Assembly (NCBI GenBank): GCA_965243545.1
Contig: OZ251573.1
Location: 596,217 to 660,216, forward strand
From: Spirochaetia bacterium
GTDB lineage: Bacteria > Spirochaetota > Spirochaetia > SZUA-6 > Bin103
Reading direction: 5' to 3'
DNA length: 64,000 nt
Shown here: piece by piece, positions 1 to 9,401 of the stretch
How positions within the stretch are numbered: position 1 is the stretch's first letter
Layout: every line of letters starts with the position of its first letter
Translations under genes and position numbers: made by a program
The notes under the pieces: model-generated
Database searches by the model: none
Told to the model about the DNA's origin: nothing
Seen by the model: the letters and a program-made list of their open reading frames with translations, nothing else

Positions 1-1
1 C

Positions 2-1120
2 ATCGACGCGCACTACCACATCTTCCCGCGGCTCGGATCTCAGCCGCGCGGCATCCCGCCCGCGTTGCGGCTGAGGTTCTGGCAGTACCACTCGCGCGAA
101 TGGATCGACTTCTGGCGCACCGACACCGGCCGGCACGTCGGCGAGCGGCTCCTGGAGTTCGGATCGCACTCGATCGCCGACATGCCGGACGTCGGCTTCC
201 GGCTCACCGACCACGGGCAGGCGCAGATCACCGTCGACGGGGTCTCCTATCGGATGCAGATCTACCCGCCGTCCCTCACCAACAACGAAGCGACGCCGGA
301 GCGGATGGTGGCGGAGATGGACCTGGCCGGCGTCGCCGCCGGCGTGCTGCAGTCCGATCACGTCTACGGCGACCTCAACGAGTACTACGCCGAGGCGTCC
401 GCCCGGTATCCGGGGCGGTTCATCGCCCTGGCGCAGATCTGGGAGCCGGACGCCGCGGACGCCGGCCGGCTGGACCGTCTGCGGACCGGTTTCGACGATC
501 TGGGCATGCGCGGTCTGTACTTCAGCGTCGAGCCGCTGTCGGTCATGCGCGTCGACCGTTCCCTCAACGACCGGGCGTTCGACCCGCTCTGGCGGCTGGT
601 GGCGGAGCGGGAGCTTCCCGTCTTCTGGTTCCTGGACGACCGCGCGCTCGACCGGGCCGGCACGTTCATGCGCCGCGTGGCCGAGCTGGACGCGTGGACC
701 GTCCGGCATCCGCACACGCCGTGCGTGATCACGCACGGTCTGGTGCCGGCCGCGATTATCCACGACGTCGGCGTGCCGGAGGAGCTGCTGCGCGTGCTGG
801 AACGGCCGCAGGTGCGCGCCGAGCTGCTGATGCCGGCCAAGTGGCCGGACTACCCGTACCCGGAAGGCCAGCGGCTGCTGCGCGCGTTGCGCGACCGCGT
901 CGGCGCGGAGTCGCTGCTGTGGGGCAGCGACAGCCCGTACGGAATGGCGCAGTGGTGCACGTACCGGCAATCGCTCGACTTCATCCGCGTGCACTGCGGC
1001 TTCCTGTCGGCGGACGAGAAGGCGGCGATCCTGGGCGGCAACGCCGCCCGTCTGTTCGGGCTGGACGGCGGCGCCGGGGCCCACGGCGCCGGGGCGCGGA
1101 CCGGCCACGGTCAGGGGTAG
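2..1120 (+). CDS. Amidohydrolase-2 family metal-dependent hydrolase (5' partial; gene starts upstream of window)
   Basis: Frame is open from position 2 and encodes IDAHYHIFP (an HxH metal-binding motif) before the first Met at 65. The C-terminal LLWGSDSPY motif is typical of amidohydrolase-2/TIM-barrel hydrolases. Confidence 0.7.
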   Translation: MDAHYHIFPRLGSQPRGIPPALRLRFWQYHSREWIDFWRTDTGRHVGERLLEFGSHSIADMPDVGFRLTDHGQAQITVDGVSYRMQIYPPSLTNNEATPERMVAEMDLAGVAAGVLQSDHVYGDLNEYYAEASARYPGRFIALAQIWEPDAADAGRLDRLRTGFDDLGMRGLYFSVEPLSVMRVDRSLNDRAFDPLWRLVAERELPVFWFLDDRALDRAGTFMRRVAELDAWTVRHPHTPCVITHGLVPAAIIHDVGVPEELLRVLERPQVRAELLMPAKWPDYPYPEGQRLLRALRDRVGAESLLWGSDSPYGMAQWCTYRQSLDFIRVHCGFLSADEKAAILGGNAARLFGLDGGAGAHGAGARTGHGQG

Positions 1121-2154
1121 AAGCCGCCGAGCATCCACCAGAGCTGGATGTAGTGCGACGGCGAGCCGAGGCAGAACCGCCGGCCGGTGTCGACGTCCCG
1201 GCATCCGTAGCAGGCGCCGTCCGGGTCGCGCATGCCGTCCATCCAGCCGGCCAGATACCGGTACGGGCCGGTCCCGGTGTAAACCTGCTCCCCGGCGGCC
1301 AGGTCGAACATGCGCATGGCGGTGGCGAGCGCGCCGTTGGCGCGGACGTCGACGTGCGCGGGGAGCTCCCGCAGGTGGCGGAAGTCGCGGCGGTCGTGCG
1401 CGCACCGCCGCGAGTCTTCCGCCAGGAAGGCGTCGATCGCCGGCCCGATCACGCCGCGCAGGTGCCGGGTCCCGGTGGCGGCCAGCAGCAGGTGCATGCG
1501 CACGACGGTGAGGAACGGGAAGTCGCGCGGCGCGGTCCGCACCAGATCGTCGCGCACCCAATCGACGATCGGGCGCGCCGCCTGCCAGTACTCCGGGAAC
1601 GTCTCCCGCCACAGCAAGCACGCCAGCGCCACCCATTCCGGGGTCACGTGACGCAGCGCGGCCGGATCTCCGAAGTAGGCGCCGCCGGCCAACATGCGGC
1701 CGAGCGACGAGCGGACGCTGGCGGCGAACCGGCCGTCGCCGGTGATGCGGTGGTAGACGCCCAGGCAGTAGACGACGATCGGGTTGGTGCAGGCGGTGTC
1801 CGGCCGCGCCGACTCCTCCCGCCAGTCGAGCGGCAGGCCGCGGTAGACCGGGAACTCGCACCAGCGCCCCACCGACCAGAGCGCGCCGTCGACCCGCTCG
1901 GCCAGCAGCCGCTCCAGCATCGCCTCCGCCGTTTCGATGCAGCGCCGGCGGCCGAGCAGGCGGCCGGCGATCGCCAGCGTGGCGGCGAGCTCGGCGCGGT
2001 ACGCGGTGCTCTCCGGCCAGAGCGCTTCCGGCGGCACGTAGCGCGCATCGCGCTCGCGGCCGATCACGCGGTCGCAGATCGCCTCCGCGGCCTGCCGGCG
2101 CGATGCGTCGACGCGGCCGGCCGCGCTCCCCTCCGGGGCCATGCGACGCACCAT
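1111..2154 (-). CDS. Hypothetical Trp-rich protein (about 347 aa)
   Basis: Only the C-terminal third of the 905-aa minus ORF 1111..3828 looks protein-like. It starts at MVRRMAPEG (about 2154) and ends in WWMLGGFYP; the upstream part is antisense to proX. No family recognised. Confidence 0.45.
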   Translation of the reverse strand: MVRRMAPEGSAAGRVDASRRQAAEAICDRVIGRERDARYVPPEALWPESTAYRAELAATLAIAGRLLGRRRCIETAEAMLERLLAERVDGALWSVGRWCEFPVYRGLPLDWREESARPDTACTNPIVVYCLGVYHRITGDGRFAASVRSSLGRMLAGGAYFGDPAALRHVTPEWVALACLLWRETFPEYWQAARPIVDWVRDDLVRTAPRDFPFLTVVRMHLLLAATGTRHLRGVIGPAIDAFLAEDSRRCAHDRRDFRHLRELPAHVDVRANGALATAMRMFDLAAGEQVYTGTGPYRYLAGWMDGMRDPDGACYGCRDVDTGRRFCLGSPSHYIQLWWMLGGFYP

Positions 2155-2226
2155 ACCACCGCGGGCGGTCATGGGGACCGGCCACCGGTTGCGCCCCGCC
2201 GCAGACTGTGCCACCATCACCCCGTT

Positions 2227-3279
2227 ATGACTGCTTCCACAGCTGACACAAACGAAAGCTTCGCTCGTAGAGGGCCGGCCCGCCGCGTCCTCATCGCCCT
2301 GATCGGCATGGCCCTGGCGGCGCCGATCGCCGTTGCCGACGGACACGATTGCGGCGGCCTCGACCGTGAGGTGGTCTTCGCCGGTCTGGACTGGGGAAGC
2401 GCCCAGCTTCACAACCACGTCGCCGGGCAGATCCTGCACGCCGGGTTCGGTTGCGACTACACCGACATTCCCGGTTCCACCGTCCCGATGGTCCAAGGTT
2501 TGGTCCGCGGCGACGTCGACATCAACATGGAGATCTGGTTCAACACCGCTCCGGACATCTACCATGAAGCGGTCGAGTCCGGTGACGTGATCGACCTGGG
2601 CCTCAACATGACCGCCGGTGAAATGTCGTTCCTGGTGCCGCGCTACGTCATCGAGGGTGACGCCGAACGCGGTATCGAACCGATGGCGCCGGACCTCAAG
2701 ACCGTGGACGACCTGCCGATGTACGCGCACCTGTTCCGTGACCCGGAGGAGCCGGACAAGGGGCGCTACTACAACTGCATCGTCGGCTGGCAGTGCGAGC
2801 TGACCAACAACAAGAAGCTGGCCGCCTACGGCCTGGAAGAGCACTTCACCAACTTCCGCCCCGGCGCCGCTCCGGCGCTGGACGCGTCGATCGTCGGCGC
2901 GTACGAGAAGGGAGAACCGTGGCTCGGCTACTACTGGGCGCCCACCACCGTACTCGGCCTCTACCCGATGATTCAGCTCGAAGAGCCGGCGTGGTCGCAG
3001 GAGTGCTGGGACGGCGACCGCGGTTGCGCGTTCCGGCCGTCGATCGTCAAGATCGCGATCAGCAAGGAGTTCGAAGAGAGCGCCTCCGACGAGATCCTCG
3101 ACTTCCTGCGCGCCTACGAGATGGACCTCAACCTGATCAACTCCTATCTGGCCCACCAGTCGGAGACCGATTCGGAGTGGCCGGACGTCGCGCGCGAGTT
3201 CCTGGCGACGCATGCCGATATATGGACCGAATGGGTATCCGACGCGGTAGCCGGCCGGGTCCAGGCGTCGCTCAACTAG
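2227..3279 (+). CDS. proX: Glycine betaine/proline ABC transporter substrate-binding protein (ProX/OpuAC family) with a possible Tat-type signal peptide
   Basis: MTASTADTNE start lies in frame inside the spurious 1059-aa ORF. The sequence RRVLIALIGMALAAPIAVA resembles a twin-arginine signal. The protein matches OpuAC-like periplasmic binding proteins and precedes a permease and an ATPase. Confidence 0.8.
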   Translation: MTASTADTNESFARRGPARRVLIALIGMALAAPIAVADGHDCGGLDREVVFAGLDWGSAQLHNHVAGQILHAGFGCDYTDIPGSTVPMVQGLVRGDVDINMEIWFNTAPDIYHEAVESGDVIDLGLNMTAGEMSFLVPRYVIEGDAERGIEPMAPDLKTVDDLPMYAHLFRDPEEPDKGRYYNCIVGWQCELTNNKKLAAYGLEEHFTNFRPGAAPALDASIVGAYEKGEPWLGYYWAPTTVLGLYPMIQLEEPAWSQECWDGDRGCAFRPSIVKIAISKEFEESASDEILDFLRAYEMDLNLINSYLAHQSETDSEWPDVAREFLATHADIWTEWVSDAVAGRVQASLN

Positions 3280-3376
3280 CGCGCGGAACGGAACTGATCG
3301 CTGCTCGGCTCGGAGCGGGGGCGTTGCGCCCCCGCCCTGAGCCGGCACGCATGTAGGCGGGGGATAGCACGGCATC

Positions 3377-4396
3377 ATGGCGACCTGGTTGGGTGAATGC
3401 GCCGCCAGTCTTGGCGGAGTGCTCCTCGAGTTTCCGGAAGGGTGTAACCTTCCGCTCCGGGAATGGATCAACGCAGCCCTCAAGTTTCTGGTAGGGAACT
3501 TCGGCACCGCCTTCGACTCCGTCAGCGACGTGATGCTGCTGGTGCTGCGCCAGCTGGAGCAGGCGCTGATCGCGGTGCCGTGGTGGCTGGTCGCGGCCGC
3601 CATCTGCCTGATCGCGTGGCGGGCGGCCAGCAGCACGGTGCTGGCCGTGGGGCTGGGGGCCGCGTTGATCTTCATAGGCATGATGGGTCTCTGGGAAGAG
3701 ACCATGCGGACGCTGGCGGTGCTGTTCATCGCCGTCGCTCTCTCCGTGGCCATCGGCATTCCGTTGGGCATCCTGATGGCCACCACCCGGTGGGTGCGTT
3801 CGGTGGTCAACCCGATCCTGGACGCCATGCAGACCGTGCCGTCGTTCTGCTATCTCATCCCCTTCATCTTCTTCTTCGGCCTGGGCAACGTGGCCGCAAC
3901 TTTCGCGATCTTCATGTTCGCGGTCCCGCCGGTGGTGCGGCTCACCAACCTCGGCATTCGGCTGGTCGACCGGTCCGTGGTCGAAGCGGCCGATGCGTTC
4001 GGCGCCACCCGCCGGCAGGTCCTGTGGGGCGTGCGCGTGCCGCTGGCCATGCCCAACATCATGGCCGGCGTCAACCAGACGATCATGCTGGCGTTGTCGA
4101 TGGTGGTGATCAGCTCCATGATCGGCGCGCGCGGCTTGGGGCGGCAGGTGCTGCGCGGCTTGCAGAACGCCGACGTCGGCATGGGGCTGGAAGCCGGCTT
4201 GGCGATCCTGGTCCTGGCGATCATCTTTGACCGCATCACCAAGGCGTTCGGCTTACGTCTCGATCCCAATCAGACGGTAGCCGCCAAACCGAAGGGCGAC
4301 GATAGCCGCGCCGGCGGCGATGATGCCGGTGGTGGCGATGCCGGTGGCAGCGGCGATGCCGGTGGTGCCGGCGGCGGCGGAGGTGGCGGTGAGTAG
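3377..4396 (+). CDS. proW: Glycine betaine ABC transporter permease (ProW/OpuAB) with a C-terminal Gly/Asp-rich low-complexity tail
   Basis: Multi-TM ABC permease with an EAA-like loop region. The tail reads GDDSRAGGDDAGGGDAGGSGDAGGAGGGGGGGE. Confidence 0.85.
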   Translation: MATWLGECAASLGGVLLEFPEGCNLPLREWINAALKFLVGNFGTAFDSVSDVMLLVLRQLEQALIAVPWWLVAAAICLIAWRAASSTVLAVGLGAALIFIGMMGLWEETMRTLAVLFIAVALSVAIGIPLGILMATTRWVRSVVNPILDAMQTVPSFCYLIPFIFFFGLGNVAATFAIFMFAVPPVVRLTNLGIRLVDRSVVEAADAFGATRRQVLWGVRVPLAMPNIMAGVNQTIMLALSMVVISSMIGARGLGRQVLRGLQNADVGMGLEAGLAILVLAIIFDRITKAFGLRLDPNQTVAAKPKGDDSRAGGDDAGGGDAGGSGDAGGAGGGGGGGE

Positions 4397-4403
4397 TAAC
4401 GAA

Positions 4404-5657
4404 ATGGGCGACGCCGGCGTCGTCGAGAGCGGCGCTACGCCCGGCGACGGCGGCGGCTCCCCCAGCGACATCGAAGTCACCCACCTGTACAAGGTCTTCG
4501 GGCCGAACCCGCAGGCGGTGATGGCGCAGGTCGAGGCGGGCGTGAGCAAGGACGAAATCCTGGAGCGCACCGGCCACACGGTCGGCCTGGACGACGTGAA
4601 CCTCAGCATCAAGGGGGCGGAGACCTTCGTGGTGATGGGGCTGTCCGGCAGCGGCAAGTCGACCTTCGTCCGTTGCGTGAACCGGCTGATCGATCCCACG
4701 GCAGGCCAGATCATGCTCGACGGCGTCGACATCCTGCAGCTCGACCCGGGCGGGATCACGGCGATGCGGCGCACCAAGATGAGCATGGTGTTCCAGAACT
4801 TCGGGCTGCTCCCGCACCGCAGCGTGATCCGGAACGTCGCGTACGGCCTGCGGGCCCGCGGGGTGCCCAACGAGGAACGGCTGGAGCGGGCCGCCCGGTG
4901 GATCGAGATCGTCGGGCTACAGGGGTACGAGCGTCAGCGCCCGCGCCAGCTCTCCGGCGGCATGCAGCAGCGCGTCGGTCTGGCGCGGGCGTTCTGCACC
5001 GATCCGGAGATCCTGCTGATGGACGAGCCGTTCAGCGCGCTGGACCCGCTGATCCGCCGCGAGATGCAGGATGAGCTCGTGCGGCTGCAACGCGATCTGC
5101 GCAAGACGATCGTGTTCATCACCCACGATCTGGACGAGGCGCTGCGGCTCGGCGACCACATCGCCATCCTCAAGGACGGCAAGCTGGTGCAGGTCGGCAC
5201 CCCGACCGACATCATCACCAACCCCGCCGACGACTACGTGCGGGACTTCGTGAGCGACGTCAACCGCGCGCGCGTGCTCACCGCCGGCGCGGCGATGGAC
5301 GCGACCGCTCCTCTGCAACTCGACGCCGCCCCGCAGAGCGCCGTGACGGCGATGCGGCAGGCGGGACGGCGCATCGGCTTCGTGACCGGCGCCGACGGCA
5401 GCTACCGGGGCCATTGCGGGATCGAAGACGCGTCCGCCGCGGCCGAGCGCGGCGACAAGGACCTGAGCGGGATCGTACGCACGAGCGCCCCCACCGCCCT
5501 GGCGCACCGGACGCTCCACGAGATCCTGCCGCTGTCGGCCGAAAGCGACGTACCGGTCGCCGTCCTCGACGACGGCGACCGGTTTCTGGGGTTCCTCACC
5601 CGGCAGGGGGTACTCGCCGCGATCGCCGGCGACCGCACCTCGTCCGCCGGCGCCTAG
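4404..5657 (+). CDS. proV: Glycine betaine ABC transporter ATP-binding protein with C-terminal CBS-like domains (ProV/OpuAA)
   Basis: Walker A GLSGSGKST, signature LSGGMQQRV and Walker B LLMDEPFSALD are present. The ORF opens at 4320, but the ATG at about 4404 follows the proW stop. The C-terminal 130 aa are typical of ProV. Confidence 0.85.
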   Translation: MGDAGVVESGATPGDGGGSPSDIEVTHLYKVFGPNPQAVMAQVEAGVSKDEILERTGHTVGLDDVNLSIKGAETFVVMGLSGSGKSTFVRCVNRLIDPTAGQIMLDGVDILQLDPGGITAMRRTKMSMVFQNFGLLPHRSVIRNVAYGLRARGVPNEERLERAARWIEIVGLQGYERQRPRQLSGGMQQRVGLARAFCTDPEILLMDEPFSALDPLIRREMQDELVRLQRDLRKTIVFITHDLDEALRLGDHIAILKDGKLVQVGTPTDIITNPADDYVRDFVSDVNRARVLTAGAAMDATAPLQLDAAPQSAVTAMRQAGRRIGFVTGADGSYRGHCGIEDASAAAERGDKDLSGIVRTSAPTALAHRTLHEILPLSAESDVPVAVLDDGDRFLGFLTRQGVLAAIAGDRTSSAGA

Positions 5658-5692
5658 CCGCGCGGGACATCGTCGACGAAATCCGCCCGGTT

Positions 5693-5839
5693 TTACCTCA
5701 CGTCGGAGTAGCCCCGCAGCCGGCGCAGCAACGTCACGGTGTCGCCCCCGGGCTTGGCTTCGGTCCGCATGCTCCGCGCTTTGGCCAGCAGCTCCCGCCG
5801 CCGCTCCTGCGCCTGGTACTCATTGAAGCGGGATTTCAT
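5693..5839 (-). CDS. Small hypothetical protein (48 aa, Arg/Lys-rich)
   Basis: Reverse-strand ATG..TAA ORF encoding MKSRFNEYQAQERRRELLAKARSMRTEAKPGGDTVTLLRRLRGYSDV, convergent with proV. It is below the 60-aa ORF-track cutoff. Confidence 0.3.
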   Translation of the reverse strand: MKSRFNEYQAQERRRELLAKARSMRTEAKPGGDTVTLLRRLRGYSDVR

Positions 5840-5906
5840 GGGGCGGCATCATACCAGCCGACGCTCACGTGTACAGCGACGTGGGTACACACGCAGGCAG
5901 TACCCG

Positions 5907-7163
5907 TCACGACCAGGTGGCGGTGAGCTCGGCGACGCCGAAGCCGGCCGGCATCTCCACGAACGAGTGGCGCATGCGCTCGGCCTGAAAGCCGGGCATG
6001 AAGCTTTCCCGGTCGCCGTTGAGGCGCCCTTCCATCGGCGCGAACCGCTGCCACAGCAGATCTGCCTCCCGCGCGGTGAACCGTTCCGCGAAGCGCGGCC
6101 CCCAGTTGAGCGTGATCGGGTGGTGCCCGTCGGCGGTGGCGGCGACCCGCTCCGGGACCGCGGACCGGAGATCAGGGCGCTTGCGCAGGCGGATGAACAG
6201 CGCCGCCTTGGTCAGGAACACCGTCATCAGCAGCTTGCCTTTCTCCGCCACGCCCGGACGGAGCGCGGCCAGCGCCCGGTCGTAGGCGGCGGCGTCGCCG
6301 GCCAGCGCCGCGCGCAGCGCCGCCTCGGTGCGGTCCTTGTTGACCGCGCACGCGCGCTGCCAGCCGCGAAACGCCTGCTGCGCGGCGGGCGCCAGGTGCG
6401 GCACGAACGGATCGTCCTCACGGAAGGCGAACGGCGAGAAGCCGCCGTGCACGGTGCGGCGCAGCCTGGCGCTGTAGTTGCTGCCCCAGTGCAGGATCGG
6501 CGTGATGTACACCACTCCGTCGCCGCCGCGCAGGCGGGTCTGCACGGCGCCCGGCAGCGGCTGGCGGTCGTCTTCCAGCAGCAGCCGGTCTTCCTGTTCG
6601 GTGTTGGCGCGCACGTGCGTGCCGGGCATGACCCACAGCACGTCGTCGTCGTACAGCGGGATGTTCCACTGGATGTAGGCCGGTCCGTTCTCGACGATGT
6701 CGTCGACGTAGCCGCGCAGGGGCGCGGTGTCGATCGGGTGGATGTCGCGGTGCCAGTTGGCCGGCCCGCGGTCGGTGACCGGACTGCACATCAGCATCAG
6801 CTCGGTGGCGGCGGCGTCCTCGACGTCGAGCAGCCGGTTCGCCGTAGCGCGCAGCCGATCGCCGGTCCACACCTCGACCGCCGCCGCGCAGTCGGCGTCG
6901 ACCTGCGCGCCGAGTCCCCTCGACAGGACCAGACGCGGCTGGCGCGCGGTCTCCCACACGCCGCCGGGCGGTTCACCGGGCGCGCGCTCCGCCGCCCAGA
7001 CCGCCCGCTGGCGTTCCACCAGCGTCTCATACGCGCGGCGCACCTCGGCAAGCCGCGCCGGCGGAATCACCTCCGGCACCACCAGGTACCCGTCGCGGAG
7101 AAACCGCTCGCGGTCGACGTCGGCGGCGATGCCGGTTCCCGGCGTTCCGTTTCCTGCGCTCAT
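5907..7163 (-). CDS. Phytanoyl-CoA dioxygenase (PhyH) family Fe(II)/2-oxoglutarate-dependent oxygenase
   Basis: PhyH-like core with WHRDIHP and VMPGTHV. MSAGNGT start chosen because GGGAGGGAG lies 7-10 nt upstream on the minus strand. Confidence 0.7.
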   Translation of the reverse strand: MSAGNGTPGTGIAADVDRERFLRDGYLVVPEVIPPARLAEVRRAYETLVERQRAVWAAERAPGEPPGGVWETARQPRLVLSRGLGAQVDADCAAAVEVWTGDRLRATANRLLDVEDAAATELMLMCSPVTDRGPANWHRDIHPIDTAPLRGYVDDIVENGPAYIQWNIPLYDDDVLWVMPGTHVRANTEQEDRLLLEDDRQPLPGAVQTRLRGGDGVVYITPILHWGSNYSARLRRTVHGGFSPFAFREDDPFVPHLAPAAQQAFRGWQRACAVNKDRTEAALRAALAGDAAAYDRALAALRPGVAEKGKLLMTVFLTKAALFIRLRKRPDLRSAVPERVAATADGHHPITLNWGPRFAERFTAREADLLWQRFAPMEGRLNGDRESFMPGFQAERMRHSFVEMPAGFGVAELTATWS

Positions 7164-7209
7164 CGCGTCTCCCTCCCTCGGCTTGCCCCTTTCTCTTCCG
7201 GCGCCGAAC

Positions 7210-7227
7210 CGGTACGGTACCGTACCG
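7210..7227. promoter_or_regulatory. Perfect 18-bp palindrome CGGTACGGTACCGTACCG between divergent phyH-like and proS, ending 3 nt before the proS ATG
   Basis: Read directly; the sequence equals its own reverse complement and lies where the proS RBS is expected. Confidence 0.5.
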
Positions 7228-7230
7228 ATC

Positions 7231-8781
7231 ATGGCCAAGGGAAAAGCAGCGCGGACGGCGATCAGCCCGACCCGCGCCGAGGACTACGCCGAATGGTACC
7301 AGCAGGTGGTGCGCGCCGCCGACCTGGCGGAGCTGTCGCCGGTGCGCGGCTGCATGGTGATCAAGCCGTGGGGCTACGCGCTGTGGGAGAACATGCAGCG
7401 CGCGCTCGACCGGATGTTCAAGGAGACCGGGCACACCAACGCCTACTTCCCGCTGTTCATCCCGTTGCGCTACCTGGAGCGCGAAGCCGAGCACGTCGAG
7501 GGGTTCGCCAAGGAGTGCGCGGTGGTGACCCACCATCGGCTGGAGGCGGGGCCGGACGGGCGGCTGGTCCCGGCCGGCGAGCTCGACGAGCCGTACGTGG
7601 TGCGGCCCACCAGCGAGACGATCATAGGCGAGATGTACGCGAAGTGGGTGCAGTCCTACCGCGACCTGCCGATCCTGATCAATCAATGGGCCAACGTGGT
7701 GCGCTGGGAGATGCGCCCGCGCCTGTTCCTGCGCACCGCGGAGTTCCTGTGGCAGGAGGGGCACACCGTGCACGCCACCGCCGAGGAGGCGGTCCAAGAG
7801 ACGCTGCGCATGCTCGGCGTGTACGCCGACTTCGCGGAGCGCTACATGGCCATGCCGGTGCTGAGCGGCGAAAAGAGCGCCGGCGAGCGCTTTCCGGGAG
7901 CGGTCAACACCTACGCCATCGAGGCGATGATGCAGGACCGCAAGGCGCTGCAGGCCGGCACCTCGCACTTCCTGGGGCAGAACTTCGCCAAGGCGTGCGG
8001 CATCAACTTCAGCGACCGCAACGGCGAGCTGGTGCACGCCTGGACCACCTCCTGGGGGGTCTCCACGCGCCTGGTCGGCGGCCTGATCATGACTCACGGC
8101 GACGACGACGGGGCGGTGCTGCCGCCGCGGCTGGCCCCGGACCAGGTGGTGATCCTGCCGATCTACAAGGACGCCGGGCAGCGGACCGCGGTGCTGGGCG
8201 CGTGCAATGCGCTCAAGCAGCAGCTGACCGAGACCGGCTGGGCCGGCGAGCAGTTGCGGGTGTCGATCGACGACCGCGAGATGCGCGGCGGTGAGAAGAA
8301 CTGGCAGCTCGTCAAGCGCGGCGTGCCGATCCGCGTCGAGATCGGCCCGCGCGACCTGGCCGCCGGGGCGGTGTCGGTGGCGCGCCGCGACCGGCCGGCG
8401 CGCGAGCGGGATTCCATGCGGCGCGAACACTTCGTCGCCGCCGCCGGCGCGGTGCTCGGCAGCATCCAGGACGCGCTGTTGGAGCGGGCGGTCGCGTTCC
8501 GCAGCGCGCACACCGAACACGTCGGCGACCGGCGGGCGTTCGAGGAGTACTTCCGTGACGAATCGGCGTCCGGCTTCGCCATCGCCCCCATGGCGGCCGA
8601 CGCCGACCGGGACCCGGAGTTCGGCGAGCTGCTGAAGCGCCTCAAGGTGAGCCCGCGCTGCATCCTGAACGACGGCGCTGAGGACGGCGGCGGCGGCGCC
8701 GCTGGCGGCGGCGCGGATCGCCCGTGCGCGTTCACGGGCGCCGGCGGCGCGGCCGACACGGTGTTCGCCCGGTCGTACTGA
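7231..8781 (+). CDS. proS: Proline--tRNA ligase (class II, archaeal/eukaryotic-type ProRS)
   Basis: MAKGKAARTAISPTRAEDYAEWYQQV N-terminus with class II motifs FRTAEFLWQEGHT and GTSHFLGQNFAK. The ATG at 7231 is in frame within ORF 6727..8781. Confidence 0.85.
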   Translation: MAKGKAARTAISPTRAEDYAEWYQQVVRAADLAELSPVRGCMVIKPWGYALWENMQRALDRMFKETGHTNAYFPLFIPLRYLEREAEHVEGFAKECAVVTHHRLEAGPDGRLVPAGELDEPYVVRPTSETIIGEMYAKWVQSYRDLPILINQWANVVRWEMRPRLFLRTAEFLWQEGHTVHATAEEAVQETLRMLGVYADFAERYMAMPVLSGEKSAGERFPGAVNTYAIEAMMQDRKALQAGTSHFLGQNFAKACGINFSDRNGELVHAWTTSWGVSTRLVGGLIMTHGDDDGAVLPPRLAPDQVVILPIYKDAGQRTAVLGACNALKQQLTETGWAGEQLRVSIDDREMRGGEKNWQLVKRGVPIRVEIGPRDLAAGAVSVARRDRPARERDSMRREHFVAAAGAVLGSIQDALLERAVAFRSAHTEHVGDRRAFEEYFRDESASGFAIAPMAADADRDPEFGELLKRLKVSPRCILNDGAEDGGGGAAGGGADRPCAFTGAGGAADTVFARSY

Positions 8782-8915
8782 CGGCCGGCCGCCGGCCGCG
8801 CGGGGGTAGCTTGACGCCGGCCGGCCGCATGACGGACCATCATTGACTGCAGGTGAGCGCGCCGGCTTCCGGGTACCACCGATCCGGCAGGCCACCGGAG
8901 CAACGGGAGGAAGCG

Positions 8916-9392
8916 ATGGCTGAAGAGCGATGCGCGGTGACCATGACGGTCAACGGCCGCACATCCGAACACCGAGTCGAACCGCGGCGGCTGCTGGTGC
9001 AGCACCTGCGCGACGAGTTGCGCCTGACCGGCGCCCACGTCGGCTGCGACACGTCGAGCTGCGGCGCCTGCACGGCGATCGTCGACGGCAAGGCGGTCAA
9101 GACCTGCACCATGCTTGCCGTGCAGGCCGACGGCGCCGACATCACCACCATCGAGGGGCTGGCCGACAACGGCGCGCTGCATCCGCTGCAGGAGGCGTTC
9201 CGGGAGGAACACGGCCTGCAGTGCGGATTCTGCACGCCGGGCATGATCATGACCGCGGTCGACCTGCTGGAGCGCAACGCCGCGCCGTCGGAGGCGGAGA
9301 TACGCCACGCCCTGGAGGGCAACTACTGCCGGTGTACCGGCTATCACAACATCGTCCGGGCCGTGCAGCGCGCTGCCGGCGTCCTGACCTAG
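8916..9392 (+). CDS. (2Fe-2S)-binding small subunit of a xanthine dehydrogenase/CO dehydrogenase-family molybdoenzyme (CoxS-like)
   Basis: Cys clusters CDTSSCGAC and CGFCTPG are present, and GGGAGG lies immediately upstream of the ATG. Confidence 0.85.
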   Translation: MAEERCAVTMTVNGRTSEHRVEPRRLLVQHLRDELRLTGAHVGCDTSSCGACTAIVDGKAVKTCTMLAVQADGADITTIEGLADNGALHPLQEAFREEHGLQCGFCTPGMIMTAVDLLERNAAPSEAEIRHALEGNYCRCTGYHNIVRAVQRAAGVLT

Positions 9393-9401
9393 GAGGGAGC
9401 C

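Noticed and set aside
100-3279. 1059-aa plus-strand ORF
   Set aside because: Only the last 350 codons (proX, from 2227) look like protein. The first 2.1 kb is Arg/Ala/Pro-rich and antisense to real genes, a typical high-GC read-through.
5657-5700. Possible bidirectional terminator between proV and the small convergent ORF
   Set aside because: Only a weak GC stem (CGGG..CCCG) followed by GGTTTTA; not a convincing intrinsic terminator.
5739-8294. 851-aa plus-strand ORF and 7027..8895 minus-strand ORF
   Set aside because: They overlap the PhyH and proS genes in other frames or on the antisense strand; composition-driven.
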